From IMG/VR virus record IMGVR_UViG_3300046459_000427, positions 40,854 to 104,853 of that record: a stretch of 64,000 nucleotides of DNA; one strand, given 5' to 3'. The notes below the pieces were generated by a model, which was not told the origin of the DNA, did no database searches, and saw only the letters and a program-made list of their open reading frames with translations. Below, in pieces: positions 8,876 through 16,456 of the stretch. Positions within the stretch are counted from its first letter, which is position 1, and each line of letters opens with the position of its first letter. The position numbers and the translations under genes were made by a program. Source of the DNA: a virus.

Positions 8876-9552
8876 TTGGCGGACACCTTGCTCTTCGGCG
8901 CCTCGTCGTTCTTGATCGTGGCCTTGAAGAAGGCCCCGGCCGCGTCGTGCCAGACGACGACACCTTCGGGGTCCTGGAAGCCTGGGGCGATGAAGGAGCC
9001 GTCCGACTCCAAGGTATGAAGCGCGATGTTGACGGCGTAGTTCAGGTCGTTGCCGTTGGCGACCAGGATGACCGGGACGACGGTGACCTCCGGCGGGGCC
9101 GGTACGGCCTTGGGGAAGGTCGTCAGGTACTGGTCGGTGACCTCGGGGTCGCGGATGTCGTACCAGCGGTTGACGTTGAAGAGCGCGAATCGCTTCTCGT
9201 CGAGGCCGTAGCCGGACTGGATGCCCTTGCCGAACCACTCGCCGTAGTGGCGGCCGGGGCCGAGCGCGGTCAGCGCCACGGAGTTGTCGAAGACCCAGTT
9301 GGCGAAGCCGAAGTTGTCGTTGTTCCGGTCCAGCCAGCGGTTGCGGCTGCCTGCTCGGACGATGAAGGGTTCGTTGTCGCGGTAGGCGAGGACTCCCTGG
9401 GAGACGTCCTGGGTGTCGGCGTCGAAGTCCGCGAGCGGGGTGATCTCGATCAGGCCGTTCGTGCCGTCGACCTTCTCGGTAAGCACGACCTTGCGGTGCA
9501 GGCGGGGGATGGGGCGGAACTTCGGGTAATCGCTGGCCTTGAGGATGGTCAT
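8872..9552 (-). CDS. RNA ligase (Rnl2-like adenylation domain)
   Basis: TEKVDGTNG (motif I KxDG), YGEWFG, FALFNV, PEGVVV, FFK; start ATG 9552. Confidence 0.8.
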   Translation of the reverse strand: MTILKASDYPKFRPIPRLHRKVVLTEKVDGTNGLIEITPLADFDADTQDVSQGVLAYRDNEPFIVRAGSRNRWLDRNNDNFGFANWVFDNSVALTALGPGRHYGEWFGKGIQSGYGLDEKRFALFNVNRWYDIRDPEVTDQYLTTFPKAVPAPPEVTVVPVILVANGNDLNYAVNIALHTLESDGSFIAPGFQDPEGVVVWHDAAGAFFKATIKNDEAPKSKVSAK

Positions 9553-9559
9553 GTGGTGG

Positions 9560-9985
9560 TCAGTCCCCTTCGTAGGACGAGTAAGCGCTGAGTGGGATTC
9601 CGAAGCGGGGGCCGTAGGGGGTCTCAACCGTTCCTCCGGCCGCGAGCGCTTCCTTCTTGGAGATACGAAACACCATCTCGTGGTGATTGTCAACGTACTC
9701 GATCCAATCCGTTGACAAGCGTATTCCAGGCATCTCGGTGTCCAGGTCGTACAGGACGTAGCCCTCCCACCGGACGGACTGAACCGAGACGCCGACGTGC
9801 TGGTACAGCCGCAGCATCCAGTCGAACTGACCGACCTTGTAGACGTGCTCGCCCTGACGCACATAGACCGGATCGCGGTAGTTGGACAGGCACGTGCGGG
9901 GCGCCCCGGTGTGGAAGGAGTTACGCCACTCCCACGGCGGCCGGGGCTGCTCCACGCGTGTCGCCCTGCGGAGTACGTACCTCAT
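9560..9985 (-). CDS. Hypothetical protein
   Basis: 141 aa, ATGA overlap with upstream gene. Confidence 0.65.
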   Translation of the reverse strand: MRYVLRRATRVEQPRPPWEWRNSFHTGAPRTCLSNYRDPVYVRQGEHVYKVGQFDWMLRLYQHVGVSVQSVRWEGYVLYDLDTEMPGIRLSTDWIEYVDNHHEMVFRISKKEALAAGGTVETPYGPRFGIPLSAYSSYEGD

Positions 9986-10491
9986 GCGTTCATCCGTCCG
10001 GCGCGGTTCTCCCGGTCGCCACGGCCGACCCTGCGGGTCAGTTCACGGCTCAGGAGGGTGTTCTTGCGGTCGGCGCTGTCGTAGACGGCCTGGAGCATCT
10101 TCCGGTAGGCGTAGGCGGCTGTCTTGGCCTCCTGGGCCGCCACGTACTCCGGGTCCTCGTAGGCCATGGCCTTGGCGGCCGTCACGGTCTTCTGGTTGGA
10201 GTTGCGGACGGCCGACAGGGCCTTATGCGCTTCGAGTGTGTCGACGGACGACTTTTCGTCCACCTCCGCCGCTGCCAGGCGCGCTCCCGTGTACTCCACC
10301 CACGACGTCGTCCTGGCGAACAGGCTCATCAGTTCGCCGTCGCTTAGAGCGGTGGGATCCTCCGGCAGTTCGGGCACGTCGCCGTCCGGCTTCGGGGGCA
10401 GGTACAGATCCTCGCGCTCCAGTTTCCTGGTCGCCTTCTGGCTGGGCGTCTGTACCGCTTCCCAGCCCTTCCTCGCTACCGCTCGCGTCAT
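9982..10491 (-). CDS. Helical protein, possible UvsY-like recombination mediator
   Basis: GGAG RBS; helical C-terminus (AKAMAYEDPEY...AYRKML...LSRELTRR); sits in the recA/nuclease cluster; function is inference. Confidence 0.6.
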   Translation of the reverse strand: MTRAVARKGWEAVQTPSQKATRKLEREDLYLPPKPDGDVPELPEDPTALSDGELMSLFARTTSWVEYTGARLAAAEVDEKSSVDTLEAHKALSAVRNSNQKTVTAAKAMAYEDPEYVAAQEAKTAAYAYRKMLQAVYDSADRKNTLLSRELTRRVGRGDRENRAGRMNA

Positions 10492-11440
10492 CGGTGGTGG
10501 TCTCCCAGCAGGTGTTGAAGAACGGACAGTCCTTGCAGGTCTTCTTGTCCTGGCCGCAGAAGTCCGGCCGTGGTGGTGGCTTGCCCTTCTTCAGGGCGTA
10601 TTTGATGTCCAGAGCGGACTCGAACAGCGGCTCGGCGATCTCCGGGTTGTACTTGACGACGAATTCCTTGTGGGCCTGCGTCGCCTTGTACTCGTAGAGG
10701 AAGATCACCTTGTCGAAGGGAAGGCCCATCTCCTTGCACAGGCGCAGGTAGATCTGGGTCTGGCGTATGTGGCTGCCGAACGGGCGCCGCAGGGACTTCC
10801 ACAGGCCGTCTGTGTCGATGACGGTCTTGCCGTCCTCGGTCTTCACGGTGAACTGCCGCAGCAGCTCGGGCTGGTCGAAGCGGACGGTGCCGTTACCGAT
10901 GGACTTGACCTCGACGAGCGCGTTCAGGTCCTCAATGGCGCCGTCCTCGTGCCCGGCGATCAGGAACTCGCTCTCCGCCTGGAGGGGCACCTCGCAGTAC
11001 TCTAGGTAGACCGGGAGGGCGGCGAGGTCAGTGCGGTTACGGCAGGAGGGGCAGGCGATGCGTCCGGCCGTGCCCGTCTCCCAGTAGTCGCAGACAGGGC
11101 ACTTCCACTTCCCCCACAGGCGGCCCATCTGCTGGAGCCACGTCTGCCACTTCGCGTGGATCGCGTGACCCTCCATGAAGACGGTCTCCAGTTGCGCGGA
11201 GAAGTTCCGGCTCTTCTCGGGGGAAGCCCCCGCCAGCCTGTAGTAGGTCTGACGGGGGCACCAGTCGCTCTTGGCCATCTCCGACGGATGGATGATGTCC
11301 TGCCGACGGTCGGTCGGCTTGTCGTGCTCTTCCAGGAGGTGCTTGTGGATGTCGCCGAGGAGGACGGAATTACTCTTCTTCGTCTCCGCCAGCGACGCGA
11401 TCCGGCCAGATGGCTTCAAGGGTTTCTTTGCTCGGGGCAC
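10223..11440 (-). CDS. Cas4-like / PD-(D/E)XK exonuclease
   Basis: IHPSE..WCPR, GHAIH, GHEDG..VEVKS, QTQIY, C-x6-CKDCPFFNTCW Fe-S-type cysteines; start GTG 11440. Confidence 0.85.
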   Translation of the reverse strand: MPRAKKPLKPSGRIASLAETKKSNSVLLGDIHKHLLEEHDKPTDRRQDIIHPSEMAKSDWCPRQTYYRLAGASPEKSRNFSAQLETVFMEGHAIHAKWQTWLQQMGRLWGKWKCPVCDYWETGTAGRIACPSCRNRTDLAALPVYLEYCEVPLQAESEFLIAGHEDGAIEDLNALVEVKSIGNGTVRFDQPELLRQFTVKTEDGKTVIDTDGLWKSLRRPFGSHIRQTQIYLRLCKEMGLPFDKVIFLYEYKATQAHKEFVVKYNPEIAEPLFESALDIKYALKKGKPPPRPDFCGQDKKTCKDCPFFNTCWETTTDDASGSEEGLGSGTDAQPEGDQETGARGSVPAPEAGRRRARTAGGSHRSKRRRTDEPVRQDDVVGGVHGSAPGSGGGGRKVVRRHTRSA

Positions 11441-11750
11441 GGTCGAAACTCCACTCGTTCTTGGGCACGAACCTCCTGATGTAGGCCCGCTCCAGGACGG
11501 TGAGTCCGCCCCAGATTCCGTAGTGCTCGTTGTTGACGAGCGCGAATTCCAGACACTGTTCCCGGAGGGGGCAAACCCTTTCGGTATAGGTGCCATTGCA
11601 GATGTGCTTGGCCTGGGCCTCGCTGCCGCTGCCGTCCCCGAAGAAGTCGTCGTGTTCCCGCGTCGGCCGGAACTTGCGGCACGAGGCTTCCTTTTCAGGA
11701 TTACCTCCGCCGTCCCACTCCGGGGCATTCAGTCGGAGGTGCATTACCAC
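11370..11750 (-). CDS. whiB: WhiB family transcriptional regulator
   Basis: C...FF...AKHIC...CPLREQCLEFAL...YGIWGGLTVLER. Confidence 0.92.
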   Translation of the reverse strand: MVMHLRLNAPEWDGGGNPEKEASCRKFRPTREHDDFFGDGSGSEAQAKHICNGTYTERVCPLREQCLEFALVNNEHYGIWGGLTVLERAYIRRFVPKNEWSFDRAPSKETLEAIWPDRVAGGDEEE

Positions 11751-12088
11751 GGCAGTATCTCCTCGGCGTCCATTTCCGGATGCGCCAGGGCATGAAGCGC
11801 CAGGAAAGTCTCTTCGGACATCGTGATCCAGTTCCTTCCACCGGACATCTGAGTCCCGAAGAGCATTTCCCTGCCATCGATCAGGGCTTGCTTCTCTGCG
11901 GTGATCAGTTCTTTTTCTTTGAGCGAGTACGAGCCCTTACTGGTGACCTTGTACTCGATCGAGTAATCCGGAGTGCGGACGTCGTTCTTTCGCACCCAAC
12001 CGTTGCCGCTACCCGCGTTCACCGTCCCGCCGAGGAGTTCCGCTCCCCGCCGCTCCTGCCTCTGGCTCTTCTTGAGCATGTCCGCCAT
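11744..12088 (-). CDS. PD-(D/E)XK nuclease, probable Holliday junction resolvase
   Basis: QERR..GSGNGW..KNDV...IEYKVT; start ATG 12088 with GGAGG RBS. Confidence 0.7.
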   Translation of the reverse strand: MADMLKKSQRQERRGAELLGGTVNAGSGNGWVRKNDVRTPDYSIEYKVTSKGSYSLKEKELITAEKQALIDGREMLFGTQMSGGRNWITMSEETFLALHALAHPEMDAEEILPW

Positions 12089-12221
12089 ATGAGGCCTCCA
12101 GGAGTGTGGCGAGGAGATTGAACTTCTCGTGGGACCGGCCCTGGCGCCGGGAGTACCGGACGCCAAGGGCCAGGATGTAAACGGCTGCTATGACCAGCAG
12201 CGCGGAGAGGATGGCCACCAT
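12009..12221 (-). CDS. Small membrane protein
   Basis: N-terminal TM helix; start overlaps recA stop. Confidence 0.5.
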   Translation of the reverse strand: MVAILSALLVIAAVYILALGVRYSRRQGRSHEKFNLLATLLEASYGGHAQEEPEAGAAGSGTPRRDGERG

Positions 12222-13405
12222 CAGGCGGCCTGGGTATGAAGCCCGTCGGCCTCTTCCGGCTTCGGCCGTCGGCTGACCTTCTTGGTGCCCGAGTTCTCGG
12301 CGGCCGTCAGGTCGTCCTCGGAGATGGAACGCTCATCCGCGTGCTGCGAGGCGGCGAGGACCTTTTCGTAGAGGAATTCCTGGAGGTCCAGGTCCTCTCG
12401 AATTGCGGCGAGGGTGTTCTCCTTGCTGTGCCAGCGAAGGACGGGCTTTCCCCTGTCGTCGTATTCGCCGTTGTCGACCTCGTAGTAAGCGCCCGCGCGC
12501 TTGATGACGTCGAAGAGGATCCCCATGATCATGATTTCCTTTGTGGTGTCGAAATCACCACGGGTGAAATTCAGATAGGGAGCGGAGCGGAAGTAGGCGT
12601 CGATCGTGGCGATCTGCTGCGGGGCCGCCGACTTGTTCTTGATGGTCTTCACCTTGATGACCTGGCCGACGTTCACCTTGCCCTTTCCGGGCCGAGGCTC
12701 CTGAATCCACTCGTCGCGTCGGACTTCCACCCTGGTGTAGAACGCATAATTCTTCGCGTTTCCGCCGGGGGTTGTGGTCGGCGTGCCGTGCGGGGAGAAC
12801 TTGCCGATGGCGTCGCGGTACTGGTTGATGACGATGCCGAGCAGCGGGCGGTCCTCGGGGTCGGTCATGCTGCGCTTCGTCGCGGCGCCGGACTTCCGGA
12901 AGAACTTGCCGGTGAGACGGGCGCCCAGCGCCATGGTCGCCTCGTCCATGTCCTTCTCGGACTCCTCGTCCGGTATGAGCGCCGGGTAGGAGTCGAGGAC
13001 GATCATGTCGACCGAGCGGGACGTCGCGAAGTCGAGCATGGTCTGGTAGGCGAATTCCATGGCCTGGGTGGGGACGACGATCACGCGGTCGTTGTCGACG
13101 CCCAGCGCTTCGGCCTGGTCGGTGTCGTAGTGCTCTGCGGCGATCCACAGGCACGTGAAGTCGGGGTCCTTCTTCTGGTTGGCGGCCAGCGTCTTGTAGA
13201 CGATGAAGGTCTTGCCGTGGGACTCACGGCCGATGACCTCGACCCACTGGTTGCCCGGCCAGCCACCGCCGAGGGCGATGTCCAGGGAGAGGGAGCCGGA
13301 GGTGAAGCGCTTGGCCACGCGCATGTCCGAGGCGAAACACACGGCACCCGGATGGGTCTTGTTGATCTTGGCGAGAAGTGCGAGGGCGTCCTTGTTCACG
13401 CTCAA
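12221..13405 (-). CDS. recA: RecA/UvsX-like recombinase
   Basis: SGSLSLDIALGGGWP, EVIGRESHGKT Walker A, IVLDS, INQYRDAIG, TPGGNAKNY, IKNK; start likely TTG 13405 or GTG 13399. Confidence 0.93.
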   Translation of the reverse strand: MSVNKDALALLAKINKTHPGAVCFASDMRVAKRFTSGSLSLDIALGGGWPGNQWVEVIGRESHGKTFIVYKTLAANQKKDPDFTCLWIAAEHYDTDQAEALGVDNDRVIVVPTQAMEFAYQTMLDFATSRSVDMIVLDSYPALIPDEESEKDMDEATMALGARLTGKFFRKSGAATKRSMTDPEDRPLLGIVINQYRDAIGKFSPHGTPTTTPGGNAKNYAFYTRVEVRRDEWIQEPRPGKGKVNVGQVIKVKTIKNKSAAPQQIATIDAYFRSAPYLNFTRGDFDTTKEIMIMGILFDVIKRAGAYYEVDNGEYDDRGKPVLRWHSKENTLAAIREDLDLQEFLYEKVLAASQHADERSISEDDLTAAENSGTKKVSRRPKPEEADGLHTQAA

Positions 13406-13434
13406 CAGGGGCCCCCGTAGGTATGAAGTCGCAT
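13402..13434 (-). CDS. Putative leader mini-ORF MRLHTYGGPC coupled to recA
   Basis: AGGAG RBS upstream of ATG 13434; TGA stop overlaps recA TTG (TTGA); contains the CTTCATACC motif. Confidence 0.5.
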   Translation of the reverse strand: MRLHTYGGPC

Positions 13435-13480
13435 GTGTGGTGTTACTCCTGATCCGATAGCGCGGAAGCGATAACGAAGA

Positions 13481-13521
13481 ACCGGTAGTCCCCATACCAT
13501 AACGGTGAAGGGACTACCGGT
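13481..13521 (-). terminator. Terminator-like hairpin after nrdJ
   Basis: ACCGGTAGTCCC...GGGACTACCGGT inverted repeat. Confidence 0.65.
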
Positions 13522-13564
13522 CCACTCATGTATCAACTAGTCCAGCGAAGAACTTTGAGAACTT

Positions 13565-15526
13565 TCAGGCAGTCACGAGGTCGACGTCCTCGCAGCCACC
13601 GGCCGCCGAGCAAGCCAGCGCCTGGGAGCCCACGGTCTGGTCGTAGGTCTCGTAAAAGGCCAGGTCCGACCACTCGACGCGGTGCTCCTGGGTGATCAGA
13701 GCCTCGTACTCGGCCTCCGTGATCTCCTCGTACGGCGCCTGCACGTAGGTGTGATCGCTGTACGGAAGGAAGGAGACTCCCGAGATCTCGCCCAGGTGCT
13801 CCCAGACCCACTCGCCGACCTCGTCCCACTCGTGCTCGCGCACGCTGATGGTCACCGACGGCTTGTGCTCGCACCAGAAGCGCTGATAGGCGAGCCAGAT
13901 CTTCAGGTGCTCGATCGCGGAGACGTCTTCACGCACCAGCGCGGTGTTGCTGGCACGCTGGGCGAAGGTGAACACCCACGCCGAGGAGTTGTAGGCGTCC
14001 TCCTCGTGCGGAATCCCCCCGTCGATCATCACGAACGAGATGGGGTCCTTCTTGTCCACCCGCACGCGCCGCTTGTAGAAGCGGGCGTGCTTGGTATGAA
14101 GCCCGCTCTCGCAGTCGACCAACTGGGAGACGGTCCCGGAGGGCTTCACGCAGGTGATCGCGTCCGAGGACGGGATGCCGATGCGCCGGGCCTCCTTCTC
14201 GTTGGCGATGCGGGCCGTCAGGCGAAGGTCGGTCAGCGTGAGGGACGTGAGGCCGTCACCCTTGCTGCCGTCGGTGTTCTGGTTGCCGAAGACCCCGGTG
14301 AGGGAGACGCCCAGCAGCCGCTCCTCCTCCGCGTTCTTGCGCCACTCCTCACGCAGGTACGGGTAGTCCGTCAGCGTGCTCTGCCAGGTGCCCAGGGTGG
14401 CCGCCAGGCTCACCTTGCGCTCCAGGTCCTCGACGGTGTCCTCCGGCCGCACGACGACCTCGGACAGGTTGCAGAACGAGAACGGCCGAAGAATGATCTC
14501 CGAGCACGGGTTGGTCCCGTAGTCGGTGTCGGCCGAGCGGTGCCCGTACTTCGCAGCCTGACGCTGGGCCGCACCACGGTGGAAGATGCCACGCTCACCC
14601 GAGCCGCTGGCTACCAGGGAGCCCCACTCGGCGCGGAAGTCCTCGTGACGCATGCCGTCGTAGTAGACGGCCGAGTTGTTGGCCAGCGCACGGTAGCCGT
14701 GATCCTTCCACCACTCCCCAGCCTTCGCCTGCGCCATCTCCTGGTCGTCCAGATCGGACAGGGAGATCATCGCGGACCGCCGGACACCACCGACCACGAC
14801 GACGCTGGCTATCTTGCAGGCGATGTCGTGGACCTCGATCGGCCGGAACTTCCGACCGGCGGCCTGGTGGAACTTCTCCACGGTGAACGCGAACAGTTCG
14901 TCCAGCGGACCCGGGCCGGAGGCACGCCCACCGAAGGTACGAAGGCGGGCACCGGCAGGCCGGATCCCGGACAGGTCCCACTGGTGTACCTCGCCCTGCC
15001 ACAGGCCTTCCAGCAGGGCCCGGAACGCATAGCCCCAGCCCTCCTTGGAGTCCTCGACGACGATCACGTCGGCAGACGCCCGAAGGGTGTCCGGGACGGC
15101 AGGCAACTGGTCGGTGTACTGGCGCTCGACCGAGTAGCCGACGCCCGTGCCGTTCATGAGGATGTAGAGGAGTTCGTCCAGGGCGCGCGGGTCCTGGAGC
15201 GGCAGGTACGAACAGTTGAAGCCCGCGATGTTCGAGCGGTCCAGGGCGGCACCGGCCGTCATCACCGCGCGCATCGACGGCATGACCTCGTGGTTGAGGA
15301 CCGCCTGGCGGACGGCCGCGACGACCCCCTGCTCGGGGATGTAGTCGTGCTTGTCCTTCAACTGGCCGAGCATGAAGTCGACGTAGCGGTCGACGGTCTC
15401 GGTCCAGGTCTCGCGGCGGTTGCGCTCCTCGTCCCAGCGGGCGTACCGGGACTTGGCGATGAAGGAGCGGTAGGGGTCGGCGATGTCGCCGGTCGGAGTG
15501 AGCAGGGAGGTCACCAGGAGGTCCAT
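13565..15526 (-). CDS. nrdJ: Class II (adenosylcobalamin-dependent) ribonucleotide reductase
   Basis: MPSMR, FNCSY, GTGVG, VVVGGVRRSA, TNPCSEI, CNLSE, TCVKPSGTVSQL, C-terminal CSAAGGC. Confidence 0.93.
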   Translation of the reverse strand: MDLLVTSLLTPTGDIADPYRSFIAKSRYARWDEERNRRETWTETVDRYVDFMLGQLKDKHDYIPEQGVVAAVRQAVLNHEVMPSMRAVMTAGAALDRSNIAGFNCSYLPLQDPRALDELLYILMNGTGVGYSVERQYTDQLPAVPDTLRASADVIVVEDSKEGWGYAFRALLEGLWQGEVHQWDLSGIRPAGARLRTFGGRASGPGPLDELFAFTVEKFHQAAGRKFRPIEVHDIACKIASVVVVGGVRRSAMISLSDLDDQEMAQAKAGEWWKDHGYRALANNSAVYYDGMRHEDFRAEWGSLVASGSGERGIFHRGAAQRQAAKYGHRSADTDYGTNPCSEIILRPFSFCNLSEVVVRPEDTVEDLERKVSLAATLGTWQSTLTDYPYLREEWRKNAEEERLLGVSLTGVFGNQNTDGSKGDGLTSLTLTDLRLTARIANEKEARRIGIPSSDAITCVKPSGTVSQLVDCESGLHTKHARFYKRRVRVDKKDPISFVMIDGGIPHEEDAYNSSAWVFTFAQRASNTALVREDVSAIEHLKIWLAYQRFWCEHKPSVTISVREHEWDEVGEWVWEHLGEISGVSFLPYSDHTYVQAPYEEITEAEYEALITQEHRVEWSDLAFYETYDQTVGSQALACSAAGGCEDVDLVTA

Positions 15527-15549
15527 TCAGTAGGTAAGGAGGGGGGCGC

Positions 15550-16005
15550 TCAGACGGAGCCGTCAGACCGGATGAACGCGCCGGGGTTGTAGTTGCTCTG
15601 TCCGCCTCGGCCGCCAGCGGCGGTCTGCTTGGCGGGGGTGGCCGGTCCGTCTCCGGTGCTGCCGGACGGAAGGCCTGCGGTGCTCTGCGTGAAGCGCGGG
15701 TTGTATCCGCACGTGTAGCACTGAGCCATGGCATTGGGCTGGCCGATGGGTTTGAAGTAGTCGTTGCCACCACAGTCGGGGCAGTGGGTGTCCTGCTTGG
15801 CGACCATCGCACGGGCCGGAGCCTTGCCCTGGGGCTGCTCTGGCACTGTCTGCGGGGCCTGCGCCGGGGTGGGGTAGGGCTGCTGTCCGGAGGCCCACCA
15901 GGGGCTGCCGGACTGCTGCTGTGGTTGCTGCTGCGGCACCGGGGCCGGGGCCGGGGCGGCCGGTCGAGCAGCCGCCCCCAACTTGTTAGCCCAGAAGTTG
16001 CTCAC
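15550..16005 (-). CDS. Hypothetical protein with Zn ribbon
   Basis: Pro/Gln-rich N-terminus; CPDC...CYTC. Confidence 0.75.
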   Translation of the reverse strand: MSNFWANKLGAAARPAAPAPAPVPQQQPQQQSGSPWWASGQQPYPTPAQAPQTVPEQPQGKAPARAMVAKQDTHCPDCGGNDYFKPIGQPNAMAQCYTCGYNPRFTQSTAGLPSGSTGDGPATPAKQTAAGGRGGQSNYNPGAFIRSDGSV

Positions 16006-16456
16006 CGAACTGCACTCCTTCTGCGTACGTGATGATTCCCATGTCGAAGAGGTTGGCGAGAATTGCCACGACCCCAGCGCGCAGAACAGAGGAGTGATGC
16101 CGCTGGAGAGCGACAGCCGTTTCCTCGTCCGCTGAAATACCCGAGTTAACCAGCATAGCCGAGGCAGTAATGCCGGAAACTAGTGGAACGAGGAGGTCCA
16201 ACATTTCCTTGACGTCCTGGACCTCGTTGAGCCTTTCGTGGCTGGCCCGGTGTTCCATTGCGGCGACGTCCGGGCTGTCCGGGGTCAGTTTCATGAGCGG
16301 GATCATGGCCGGGACGTCGGGGCACGGAATGATGTCCCAGAGCAGCCGCTTGACGAGCATCTGAGGGGTGAAGATATCGATCCGGGGGGTCTCCTCTTCC
16401 TCCTACTCGAAATCCGCCTCGTCGCTATTGCCCTTGTTTCGGTTGAAGAATCCCAT
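15986..16456 (-). pseudogene. Hypothetical gene interrupted by an in-frame TAG at 16403-16405 (or shorter CDS 15986..16360)
   Basis: ATG 16456 coupled to the polA stop gives MGFFNRNKGNSDEADFE*EEEETPRIDIFTPQ, in frame with MLVKRLLW... Confidence 0.55.

Noticed and set aside
10223-11440. Cas4-like gene as evidence of a CRISPR system
   Set aside because: No repeat-spacer array or other cas genes seen; solo Cas4-like nucleases are common in phage recombination modules
13682-15592. Long plus-strand ORFs (e.g. 13682..15592, 16609..18471, 21236..22963, 32137..33885, 37489..40293, 47126..48706, 56924..58498)
   Set aside because: In-register antisense shadows of well-supported minus-strand genes; expected in high-GC3 DNA; no recognisable domains
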